From assembly GCA_050246815.1 (NCBI GenBank), contig JBFWVI010000044.1, positions 1 through 24,665 of the forward strand: a DNA stretch of 24,665 bases. Direction: 5' to 3'. The position numbers were made by a program, and so were the translations under genes. A model generated the notes under the pieces. The model was not told the origin of the DNA, did not search any database, and saw only the letters and a program-made list of their open reading frames with translations. Source of the stretch: Bdellovibrionales bacterium. Lineage in GTDB: Bacteria; Bdellovibrionota; Bdellovibrionia; Bdellovibrionales; UBA1609. Numbering within the stretch: the stretch's first letter is position 1; each line of letters begins with the position of its first letter. This document shows, piece after piece, positions 8,456 to 16,938 of this stretch.

Positions 8456-9955
8456 GTGGGTAAAGCCTTGAGATTTAAAACATTTTCAATATTTATTTCG
8501 CTCGCGCTGCTTTCGTATTTTTATGTCAATTGCAGTGGGCAAGGCGCAAAATTTGGTTCTTCGGGCCGCCCCGTTAGTCCTACCGCCTCTGTCGATAGCG
8601 ATGGGAATGGCCAAGGCTATGGCGGTAAAATAAAAGACGGCCAGTTTAGACGTCAATACACGGATTATAAATGTGAACAAAAGCCTCTTGGTTTACAGGG
8701 GCTACTTCAGGTTGCGGCTGGAAATTTATTTTTGACCCTCGATAGCTGCGTGGACTTCTCCTATGAGATTGGCAATAGTGATTCCAGAGTTGATTTTTTA
8801 CCTTACAACCAAGATTTTATCGGGTTTAATCACGCCTTCTATGAACGGCAAGATCCAGCGCAACCGTCGGCGCTCATTTCAGAGGCATGGTGCAGGTGGA
8901 CACAGTCCAATCGGGGCGTCGATGCAGTGGTTCGCATCAATCCCTCGGGCCCTGTAACGGCTCAAATCTATTTGGGCTCATCACAAGATGCGTTTGTTTG
9001 GGACTCACGCCTAGTCGCGCCCACTGTTGTTCAGCGAACAACGAGCGCGAGTGGTTACTCGTATGTAAACAGTGCGATTCATTTGCAAATTAATTCTGCG
9101 ATGAATGCGAATGGCAAATTTCAGGGTCACCTGCGGGCCAATGTTGACGGTGTAGATTACGATATGAACGTCGACTGCCGAATGATGCAAATGGCGCCGG
9201 TTCTACCTGTCGTCACACCTAGCCTGATCGGCTTATGGCAGATGAACGGGCCACTGGGCGTTGTGCCCGCAAATATCATCGATCTGAGTGGCATGAATAA
9301 TAATGGTGTTTCGGTGGATTCGGGATCGAGTATGGTTTATCAGGCGGGTATTTTGTCTGAAAGTATTCGATTTGTAGATAACGATGATGCGATCTCCGTG
9401 CCACCTTCACCGTCACTTAATAACTTAACAGAATTGAGTGTGTCGGCATGGGTTCGTGGTGATCCCGATCCGACTGTGACGAACGCTGTAAATGGCGGCA
9501 GTATCTTATGGAAAGGCCAATCAACACCGACGGGGACAGATCCCACTACGCTTGATTTGTCGTCGGGTTGGTATTTTGGTATCCCAGCTCAGTCGGGACG
9601 ACTTGAATTTAAAGTCGCCTATTCGGGCAGCACCATGCACTCGTTGACAAACCCGAGTGTGTTACGGATTTTCCCGGGGCAATGGCATCATGTGGCGGTA
9701 ACGTGGAACGGCGCGGCTGCGGCCTCTGGTGTTCGCTTTTATATTGATGGTCAACTGGCCACGCCGGATACGCCGACAGTTGGCGGGGTAGGCTCACGTC
9801 TTTCAGATGTCGCAAATAGTATGAAAATGGGATTCTACTCAGACAATCTCTATAATACCTTTCGCGGAAATTTGGATCAGGTCCAGATATGGAATCGCGT
9901 ATTGACCGCAGCCGAAATCAACGATCTTTTCAATTCAGGAACAGTTCTGCCTTAA
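8456..9955 (+). CDS. Putative lipoprotein with C-terminal LamG-like (Laminin_G_3 / ConA-like) jelly-roll domain
   Basis: Hydrophobic leader ending YVN-C, Gly/Ser linker, then GNGQGYGGK. C-terminal LIGLWQMN, DLSGMNNNG, LSVSAWV, WHHVAVTWNG, FYIDGQL and FRGNLDQVQIWNRVLTAAEINDLF are classic LamG motifs. Confidence 0.8.
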   Translation: MGKALRFKTFSIFISLALLSYFYVNCSGQGAKFGSSGRPVSPTASVDSDGNGQGYGGKIKDGQFRRQYTDYKCEQKPLGLQGLLQVAAGNLFLTLDSCVDFSYEIGNSDSRVDFLPYNQDFIGFNHAFYERQDPAQPSALISEAWCRWTQSNRGVDAVVRINPSGPVTAQIYLGSSQDAFVWDSRLVAPTVVQRTTSASGYSYVNSAIHLQINSAMNANGKFQGHLRANVDGVDYDMNVDCRMMQMAPVLPVVTPSLIGLWQMNGPLGVVPANIIDLSGMNNNGVSVDSGSSMVYQAGILSESIRFVDNDDAISVPPSPSLNNLTELSVSAWVRGDPDPTVTNAVNGGSILWKGQSTPTGTDPTTLDLSSGWYFGIPAQSGRLEFKVAYSGSTMHSLTNPSVLRIFPGQWHHVAVTWNGAAAASGVRFYIDGQLATPDTPTVGGVGSRLSDVANSMKMGFYSDNLYNTFRGNLDQVQIWNRVLTAAEINDLFNSGTVLP

Positions 9956-9957
9956 GT

Positions 9958-11262
9958 ATGAAAACGCAATCTGAAGCTTTAGAGTTTCTAGACGACCTTG
10001 AAGCAAAATGGCGAAAGGGCAACACACAAGTCGTGACGCAAACGCTGAAAGACTTGGGCCCGAACAGTGTTCCGAGGCCGCTTTTAGCAAGGCTTGCGAA
10101 AATCGGATTCCGGGCGGGACAACCGCGTTTTGCGATCAAGCTGCTAAATCAAGTTGTCAGAATTCATACGTCATCCGAGCCCCATTGCTCAAACGAAGAA
10201 TTGGCGATTTATGCGCTTTCTCAGATGGAGATCGGGGTCTACAAAGAGGCCATTCATCTTTTTACATCGATGGATCATAAAGAATTCCCAGAAGCCGATT
10301 TTTACTTGGCGCTAACGCTATTTAAATTGTGGAACTACGAAGAAGCGATTTCAGTCTTATCAAGATATGTATCGTCACCTCAAATTACTGATTATCAAAG
10401 ACTGGTGGGCAACGTGAATTTGGCAGCGGCCTACATCACGGAAAGACATTTTGAGCAGGCCCGGTCGCTTTTAGATAAAATCAGAATTGAAGCTGAACAA
10501 AAGCAACATCTACTTTTACTCGGCAATATATCTGAGCTCACAAGCCAGCTGTGCTTTTATGAGAAGCGCTACGATGAGGCGCGTGATTATTTGGCGCAAG
10601 CCAAAGCGGTGTTGAGTGACAACAACCAGCTTTATGCACTTTTTGTAGAAAAATGGTTGTCTATAACAGACCTTATGGAGTTCGGGCCGGATCACAAGCG
10701 ATTGCAGCGATTGGAGGCTGTCCGAAAGGAATCCCTAAGAATGAAGCATTGGTCATCCGTGCGTGAGTGTGACCTGTTTTTATCGCTTGCGACATCGGAT
10801 CAAGAATTATTTAAAAAAATTTATTACGGGACTCCAATTGCAGGCTACCGTTCGCGAATGTTGCGGCTGTTTAATATTTCAGAGGCCCAATTGGAGAAAG
10901 AGTACAACTGGTGCCCACAGGGCTCACCGTTGTCAAAAAAATTATTGCTCGATGTCGAAAGAGGTATTGCCGTAAAAAGCGGGGTCAAGTTAAAAAAAGA
11001 TCAGCTGCCGCACCGGCTATTAAAAATTCTTTGTTCAGACTTTTATGCTCCCTTCAAACCAGAGGAGTTGTTTTCGCTACTGTTTGATAATGAAAAATTC
11101 AACACCGAAACTTCGGTGGCGCGAGTTTACAATGGAGTGAGCGCATTAAAAGCGTGGCTGCAGCAGTCGAAGCTGCCCGTGCAAATCGTGAATGAAGAAA
11201 GCGGTTATCAGATACAAGTGCTGCGCCCCTGCGTGCTGCATGTTTCTTTGAAAGTCTCATAA
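9958..11262 (+). CDS. TPR-repeat protein with C-terminal OmpR/PhoB-like winged-helix DNA-binding domain (putative transcriptional regulator)
   Basis: ATG 2 nt after the LamG stop, 434 aa. TPR-like helices (FYLALTLFKLWNYEEAISVL, VNLAAAYITERHFEQARSLL, QLCFYEKRYDEARDYL). The C-terminal LPHRLLKIL..PEELFSLLF..ARVYNGVSALKAWL..IVNEESGYQI fits a wHTH. Confidence 0.7.
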   Translation: MKTQSEALEFLDDLEAKWRKGNTQVVTQTLKDLGPNSVPRPLLARLAKIGFRAGQPRFAIKLLNQVVRIHTSSEPHCSNEELAIYALSQMEIGVYKEAIHLFTSMDHKEFPEADFYLALTLFKLWNYEEAISVLSRYVSSPQITDYQRLVGNVNLAAAYITERHFEQARSLLDKIRIEAEQKQHLLLLGNISELTSQLCFYEKRYDEARDYLAQAKAVLSDNNQLYALFVEKWLSITDLMEFGPDHKRLQRLEAVRKESLRMKHWSSVRECDLFLSLATSDQELFKKIYYGTPIAGYRSRMLRLFNISEAQLEKEYNWCPQGSPLSKKLLLDVERGIAVKSGVKLKKDQLPHRLLKILCSDFYAPFKPEELFSLLFDNEKFNTETSVARVYNGVSALKAWLQQSKLPVQIVNEESGYQIQVLRPCVLHVSLKVS

Positions 11263-11268
11263 TAAGAT
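11254..11268. promoter_or_regulatory. Palindromic motif copy (GTCTCAtaaTAAGAT)
   Basis: One mismatch; overlaps the regulator's stop codon and lies about 90 nt upstream of 11358(+). Confidence 0.5.
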
Positions 11269-11357
11269 TCTCAAGCCAAATTCAGCAGTTGCCACCTTAA
11301 ATTCGTTAGTTAAATACCAATCGTATTAACAGTAGATTGGAATCTAAGGGGCGAAGC

Positions 11358-12449
11358 ATGAAAAATATTATCTTCGCATTATTATTGGTGCCGATGTGGG
11401 CAGAGGCCGCGACGATCAAATCTGCAAGAACAAAAATTACTGTTGTCGCAGTCAATCAAAACTCCGTGTTGGCCATGAAAGCTCAGCAGCTCCAGCCCGG
11501 CCAGTGGGTAACGCTCAATAAGGCGGGGGATGGAGCCGGTTTTGACTATAGTTTTATTGAATCCTGTCAGCCCACGGGCTGCTTTGACACGATATTGAAT
11601 TATGCCGACAAAGGATTCTGGCTGCCCACTCTCAAAGAGATCCACTTTTTAGGCAAGGGTCATATTGCTGAACATAAATATGTTCATTACAGCGAGGCTA
11701 CGAATAAGTGGATAACAGATCCAAGACCCGCATGGGCCTGTGGCCAGGTGGCAAACTGCTATGGTATGGGCCATGGCTTTGAGCACAGCGCAGCGAATCC
11801 TTTGAACGGAGATTTCTATGCCCGCATTCAAAGTTCGAGCGTGGTTTACAAACTCAATCGAGCCACAGGCGTTTGGTCGCAGCTTCCTGCCGCACCCACG
11901 CTCGAGGTCGCCATTGCGATTGAATATTTTCCCGAGCTGGGTGGTCTGTTGATGATTGGAACCACCGGAAGTGAAAGTTCGGGTCAGGCTCACCTTTATC
12001 GCGAATCCACGGGAAGATGGGAGCGGATTGGCACGAATTTTCCGATGGGTGCCTATCACAACGTGGCTCGCTATGACGCTGTTAACAAAATTATTATTTT
12101 CGGTGGTGGTAACGGTTCGCGAAATTTGTATAAAATAAATGCCAGCGGTCAGGTGTCGGCTATTGCGCAGGCACCTATCCCCGTGCGAGTGCTGGAGAAT
12201 GTGTTCACCGTTGATCCGGTATCTGGAAATTATCTATTGTTTGGGCCTCGCGGTGAATTCTATGAATACAACACGAATCAAAATTCTTGGCGCGCGCTTT
12301 CAACGGCAAACGTCCCCATTTTTAAAAGTAACGAAAATCAAATGTGGATGCGAGTGGCCATCCCAATCTCTACATACGGAGTCAATGCATTCTTAGTGGA
12401 AGACAGTGGGAATACACGTGTCGTGCTTTATAAACACTTTTCGCGGTAG
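11358..12449 (+). CDS. Secreted Kelch-like beta-propeller protein; shared N-terminal tag
   Basis: ATG 11358 with AAGGGG RBS; signal peptide ending AEA. Blade motifs YSEATNKW, LNRATGVW, YRESTGRW, YNTNQNSW and IIIFGGGNG. Confidence 0.7.
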   Translation: MKNIIFALLLVPMWAEAATIKSARTKITVVAVNQNSVLAMKAQQLQPGQWVTLNKAGDGAGFDYSFIESCQPTGCFDTILNYADKGFWLPTLKEIHFLGKGHIAEHKYVHYSEATNKWITDPRPAWACGQVANCYGMGHGFEHSAANPLNGDFYARIQSSSVVYKLNRATGVWSQLPAAPTLEVAIAIEYFPELGGLLMIGTTGSESSGQAHLYRESTGRWERIGTNFPMGAYHNVARYDAVNKIIIFGGGNGSRNLYKINASGQVSAIAQAPIPVRVLENVFTVDPVSGNYLLFGPRGEFYEYNTNQNSWRALSTANVPIFKSNENQMWMRVAIPISTYGVNAFLVEDSGNTRVVLYKHFSR

Positions 12450-12454
12450 GCTTT

Positions 12455-13795
12455 ATGACTATTAAAAGAGTTCTTATTTTTCTGTGCGCCTTAAATTTGA
12501 GCTTCACTTTAAATAGCAGTTACGCTCTAGCCGCAAAAATTAAATCTACGCCGACCAGAATATCTGTGCGGGCACTAACAATGGGTGGTGTTCGTGCGTT
12601 TCCAGAGGCTGAGGGATTTGGTGCTGAAACCAAAGGCGGCCGCGGCGGTAAAATCTATGTGGTCGATACGCTCAATTGGCGCGGCCCCGGTTCTCTTGGC
12701 GATGCGCTTCTGGCAAAAGAACCGCGCATAATTGTATTTCGGGTTTCGGGGGTTATCAATGTCACGGAAGGAATTGAACTTGATGAGTCAAATTCTTTTG
12801 TGACCGTGGCCGGGCAAACATCACCGGGCGGAATTACGCTGACCGGGTCGCCAGGGGCATTCATCAGCTCTTACCAAAAGAACTTTCACGATGCGGTATT
12901 TCGCTTTTTGCGTTTTCGTGGGCGTGGCAACTATGACAACATTCAGCTTAATCAGGTGCATCATATCGTCATCGATCATTGTGATTTTTCAGGCGGTACT
13001 GATGAGTCTTTCGACATTACGCATGGTTCAGATTACACGGTTCAATGGACGACTATTACCAATAGCGATCCTTCAGGGCAGAATTATGGCGCGCTTTTGG
13101 CTTACCCGCCCAATTCGCGTATCAGTTGGCATCACAACCTGCTGGCCCACCATAAAAACCGATGCCTCGCGCATATGCACTGGGGTGCGCCGCCCGCTCC
13201 TGAAGACAACACTCTCGTCGATATGAGAAACAATCTTGTTTACAACTGTGCCTTCGATGCCATCATGTACAACAACGACCCCGGCGCCAATGCGGGTCGT
13301 ATTTCTTTTAATCTTGTGAACAACTATTTTAAGGCCGGGCCTGACACTCCGGGCACTGCTTATGATTATTCTTTGGGTACAACCGGTATCAAAACTTACG
13401 AAAGTGGTACTGTTTATGAGGGGGGGGCTCGCCGTAACATTAACAATCAGACCGCGGCAACCACGATGGCTCCCGTGACAACTTATACAAGCACGCAAGC
13501 CTACGATATGGTGTTGCAGAAAGTGGGGGCTTTTCCGCGCGATCCCATGAACACCCGTGTGGTGAACGAAATGAAAACCAAAACTGGTCGCTTGGGTAAG
13601 CTGGATGATGCTTATCTGGCGGGCGGCGCCACTGCCCCAGCAGATGGCGATCGTGACGGAATGCCTGATGCATGGGAGTCTTCACGCGGATTAAACCCAG
13701 CGAGTGCCGCCGATGCATCTCTTGATCGCAATTCGGATGGTTACACCAATATTGAAGAGTACATTAATGAATTAGCAGCTTCACTGATACCGTAA
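12455..13795 (+). CDS. Secreted pectate lyase family PL1-like protein with C-terminal Ca-binding DxDxDG repeats; shared N-terminal tag
   Basis: Signal peptide ending ALA. Motifs AFPEAEGFGAETKGGRGGKIYVV, GPGSL, PRIIVFRVSGVI, TVAGQTSPGGI, IVIDHCDFS, DESFD, ISWHHNL, DGDRDGMPDAWE and DGYTNIEEYIN. Confidence 0.85.
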   Translation: MTIKRVLIFLCALNLSFTLNSSYALAAKIKSTPTRISVRALTMGGVRAFPEAEGFGAETKGGRGGKIYVVDTLNWRGPGSLGDALLAKEPRIIVFRVSGVINVTEGIELDESNSFVTVAGQTSPGGITLTGSPGAFISSYQKNFHDAVFRFLRFRGRGNYDNIQLNQVHHIVIDHCDFSGGTDESFDITHGSDYTVQWTTITNSDPSGQNYGALLAYPPNSRISWHHNLLAHHKNRCLAHMHWGAPPAPEDNTLVDMRNNLVYNCAFDAIMYNNDPGANAGRISFNLVNNYFKAGPDTPGTAYDYSLGTTGIKTYESGTVYEGGARRNINNQTAATTMAPVTTYTSTQAYDMVLQKVGAFPRDPMNTRVVNEMKTKTGRLGKLDDAYLAGGATAPADGDRDGMPDAWESSRGLNPASAADASLDRNSDGYTNIEEYINELAASLIP

Positions 13796-13798
13796 TTT

Positions 13799-14314
13799 TT
13801 AAAAGATCTTAGCGAGCTGGCAAACCGCCCACTGCAGGCGCTTGTCGGTTGGCCGACGCAAGCCAAATTCAACGTACTTCAGCGCAGATAAATCGGTCTG
13901 CTTCACGGCTTCAAATAAAAAGGTCATGACCGAGCCCTGGCCTGGGGCCGGATTGCGATCATAAAATTCATAGTGAAACATTCTTCGCCCATTTTCGATT
14001 TCAAAGCGGGTACGCATTGTCGTAGAAGAAGATTGAAAATCAAGAGGCAGGTAAAACTCATCCCCTGAGCGCCGATCGATCAGCAGCACTTCGCCTACTT
14101 GGGCGCTGCCGCTGGAGGAACTGGTTTCGGCAAAACCCGTGCAAACACGAATCGAAAGTTCACAGGTATCCCCCTGGTAGTGGCCCGCGATGGACTGTAA
14201 AAACTGAATGGCTCGGGCTGTCTTTGTATTTTGCTCCAGCCGCAGGTCGCAAAGCTCTTCTGCCGAAGCCATCTGTATCGCAACGGAAACACCCAGCCAC
14301 CACCATCGTTTCAT
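13799..14314 (-). CDS. Secreted hypothetical protein (beta-rich, 4 Cys)
   Basis: ATG 14314 with GGAGG RBS; signal peptide MKRWWWLGVSVAIQMASA; 171 aa; no recognised family. Confidence 0.65.
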   Translation of the reverse strand: MKRWWWLGVSVAIQMASAEELCDLRLEQNTKTARAIQFLQSIAGHYQGDTCELSIRVCTGFAETSSSSGSAQVGEVLLIDRRSGDEFYLPLDFQSSSTTMRTRFEIENGRRMFHYEFYDRNPAPGQGSVMTFLFEAVKQTDLSALKYVEFGLRRPTDKRLQWAVCQLAKIF

Positions 14315-14482
14315 TAGGCCTCCTACGGCTGTCGTGGCTCTACAGCAAAAGGCGAGCCGCACTTAAACGGCCTTAAGGCTCTGCTGTGTCCGAACGACGG
14401 GCACCTTTCCGGACTTGTGGACTTAAACAATGGACATAGCAGGCTTCCGTCGCCTTGCTCTCCCAGTTTAATCAATCTGAAG

Positions 14483-14499
14483 TTGGCCAGCTCTTTGCG
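14483..14499 (+). promoter_or_regulatory. Sigma-54 (RpoN) -24/-12 promoter
   Basis: TTGGCCAGCTCTTTGCG has GG at 14485-86 and GC at 14497-98, the exact GG-N10-GC spacing with TGGC and TTGC elements. It lies about 50 nt upstream of ATG 14550. Confidence 0.6.
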
Positions 14500-14549
14500 A
14501 AAGACCGTGTGCGGTTGGACCTTTCATTTACTCAAAAGGAGAAAACTTT

Positions 14550-15953
14550 ATGCGCAAGACAATGTTGACCCTGGCCACCATGGCCCTGTTGCCCCACTTG
14601 GCTCAGGCCGAAATCAGCCCGGCCGAGGCTGACAATTATCCGGTGAACTTTGCCCGATGCAATTACGTCGTGACTGTGCCCGAAGGGGCGGGGGGCTACC
14701 TGCATAGTCGCGATTGTAAGACCGTCTATGTCTTGCCGTCGGCAAAAGGGATATTTAGGGCGCAAGTTCAACTGAGCGAGACGTTATTGCAAAATACCTG
14801 TTCGGCTTTTGAGCTACGTCAAAGGGATTATTTGCAAAAGTCTAAACTGCTTTTGCAGGCTCAAGAAAAACTCAACGAACTTGAGCTGACCGGACAAAAC
14901 CAACGGGAAATTGAGAGGCTGTATAAGTTGACCGAGCGTTTACAAAATGAATTGCAGAAAATGGAGGATCCGTTTCGAGACGTGGAAGGCGGCAAAGCCA
15001 AGTTTGATCTTCAGGCCGGCGTGACCCGTCAAGCCTTGCAAGGTTATTACAACGCCAACCAACAATTGGTTTATTCCAAGCAAATCAAGTTCGAGCCGAT
15101 GCCGGTACAAAATGGCTATTTGACCATGACCGAGTATCGTCCCAACGACAAAACTAAGTTTCCTTCCGCTCTCGCGGTTTACGCCAATGGCATTCTGGTG
15201 AAATCCGAGGGCAGCGAACAAAACATCTACAAGATGAAAAGTGCCATGAGCGGCCAGATCGTGCTGGGCATGAGCAAAGCCTGCGATCTTTATGCTCGCA
15301 AAAAGAGCGCCCGCGATCGCGGCATAACTCTGGATGAAGATGAACTGGGCTCGGGTTTGATCAGCGAGCTAGCGCCCACCTTTAGCTACACCTACCCCGT
15401 GATGTCGACTGTGCGCTATGAAGCCGTTATCGATGTCAACAGGGCCACCGAATTGCTGTTGGATGTACAAAAAGTCAAAAGCCAGTTCAAAGTGTCGGAG
15501 TTTGCACAAATGCTTGGCCGCGGAACGGCCGGCGACATCTTCAGGATGGAAATCGACTTGGGCGATCTGTCGGATCGTTTCACCACTGCCGAAGACCGCC
15601 AAACCTTCTTGGCGGAATTGACGGCAGACGTGCGCAATCGTTTAAGCGAAAAAATGTTGCGCGAACTTGAATTGGTGAGTGTCGTCAAGTTTGAAAAAGA
15701 GCATGCGGGTGAAGTCCCCAATCCCGGTTATGAGGCCCAGCCGATTGGCGTCGTCAGAACTTGCTCGAGTCAATCATTCTTGGGTATCAAAGTGCGCTCA
15801 AGCTGCCAGGACCGGGTGGTCACTCGGACCATTCCAATCGATGGCCGCTTAGAAGACACCATCAAAAAGATCCAAGATTTCCAGATCTCTGTGTCCGAGC
15901 AAGTCAGCATTCGCGAGCTCACTTTGCACGGCGAAAACGTCATTTTTGAATAA
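14550..15953 (+). CDS. Secreted hypothetical protein A with coiled-coil insertion; paralog of 17343..18761
   Basis: 467 aa, AAGGAG RBS, signal peptide ending AQA, six Cys. Collinear motifs shared with 17343..18761: SxDCxxxYVLP, FxPMP, SAxSGQxVLxxxxACxxY, APxxxYxYxV and YEA. Confidence 0.8.
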   Translation: MRKTMLTLATMALLPHLAQAEISPAEADNYPVNFARCNYVVTVPEGAGGYLHSRDCKTVYVLPSAKGIFRAQVQLSETLLQNTCSAFELRQRDYLQKSKLLLQAQEKLNELELTGQNQREIERLYKLTERLQNELQKMEDPFRDVEGGKAKFDLQAGVTRQALQGYYNANQQLVYSKQIKFEPMPVQNGYLTMTEYRPNDKTKFPSALAVYANGILVKSEGSEQNIYKMKSAMSGQIVLGMSKACDLYARKKSARDRGITLDEDELGSGLISELAPTFSYTYPVMSTVRYEAVIDVNRATELLLDVQKVKSQFKVSEFAQMLGRGTAGDIFRMEIDLGDLSDRFTTAEDRQTFLAELTADVRNRLSEKMLRELELVSVVKFEKEHAGEVPNPGYEAQPIGVVRTCSSQSFLGIKVRSSCQDRVVTRTIPIDGRLEDTIKKIQDFQISVSEQVSIRELTLHGENVIFE

Positions 15954-15963
15954 GGAGCATGCT

Positions 15964-16938
15964 ATGAATATAAAATTAATTTTCTTTGGCCTTTGCTTGT
16001 CTGTTGTGGCGAAGGCCGTCCCGGATCTGCGTGGGCAAGCCCAGGACCAGCGTCGTTGGGCGCCAATCGAAGTGCGTTTGCCAGAAAATCCGGAGCAAGT
16101 CGTCGCAAGCGGCTATCTCACAACAAAGGGGACATGGCGTTTGAACCAAATCGCGACGCAGATTGAAGTCAAAGCGGGTTTGATTTCGACCTATGCATCG
16201 CAAATGGGTTTATCTCAATTCACTAAATTGTGCGGCCGTTTGGGCTATGGCTTTGCGGCTGTTCGTGAGATGAATCGTCCCTTCAAGCTGCGGGTGCGTG
16301 TGCCCGATTGGTCGCATGCAGTCGCAGGCCTTGACGGCCCCCAAGAGATCCGACTTCTCAAAGTTCGTTCTCGATTGGCTTTTGACGCTCAGTCGAACAC
16401 GTTACTTTATGCCAACTTGGACCCGCGCAAGCTTGAACGATGGGTTGAAGCCCAGGTACAGGCCAAGATCGATGAGCTGCGTGCCCGTGGCGAAATTGTG
16501 ATTGACATCCAAGGCCACGACTATTTGGCGTGTGATTACATAGCCGGCACGGCACACCTTGGTCTTGAGGTGATGTGGGAATATCCCGCTGCTAAAATCA
16601 AACGGCAACCCACCTTAGGAGAGGAGGATCTCAATGCGGTTTTCAGTCGGGCCAAAGCTCAATATTCAAGTCAGAGCAGTTGCCCCGACAGTCTGATTTT
16701 ATCTTCTGCGGTGCTGACCGCCAGTTTGACGTCGATGACCCGCAAAGCAGTGGATGAGGTCGGAATGCAGAGCTACCTGGCGCTGTTCAATGCGGTTTAC
16801 GACTCGAGCGCGTGCCGTTGGAAAGATGGGCGCGACGTTCATATGACAGAAGTGGCTCAAGAATTTGACCAACTGAGCGAAGAAAAAAAACAGGTGACGA
16901 CCAAAGTGTTCAGCCGCTTCAGCGGGGAACTGCAATGA
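15964..16938 (+). CDS. Secreted hypothetical protein B, probable distant paralog of A/D
   Basis: Start ATG 15964 after AAGGAG overlapping the upstream stop; signal peptide ending AKA. GEIVIDIQGHDYLACDY resembles SGQIVLGMSKACDLY of A. Confidence 0.75.
   Translation: MNIKLIFFGLCLSVVAKAVPDLRGQAQDQRRWAPIEVRLPENPEQVVASGYLTTKGTWRLNQIATQIEVKAGLISTYASQMGLSQFTKLCGRLGYGFAAVREMNRPFKLRVRVPDWSHAVAGLDGPQEIRLLKVRSRLAFDAQSNTLLYANLDPRKLERWVEAQVQAKIDELRARGEIVIDIQGHDYLACDYIAGTAHLGLEVMWEYPAAKIKRQPTLGEEDLNAVFSRAKAQYSSQSSCPDSLILSSAVLTASLTSMTRKAVDEVGMQSYLALFNAVYDSSACRWKDGRDVHMTEVAQEFDQLSEEKKQVTTKVFSRFSGELQ

Noticed and set aside
1326..12568. Shufflon or invertible-cassette system using the shared N-terminal motif as a recombination site
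   Set aside because: The tag-encoding DNA is not conserved (Ser codons tca, agt, tca, tca, agt, tct, tct, with other codons varying too), each gene has its own start, and no recombinase is present in the window.
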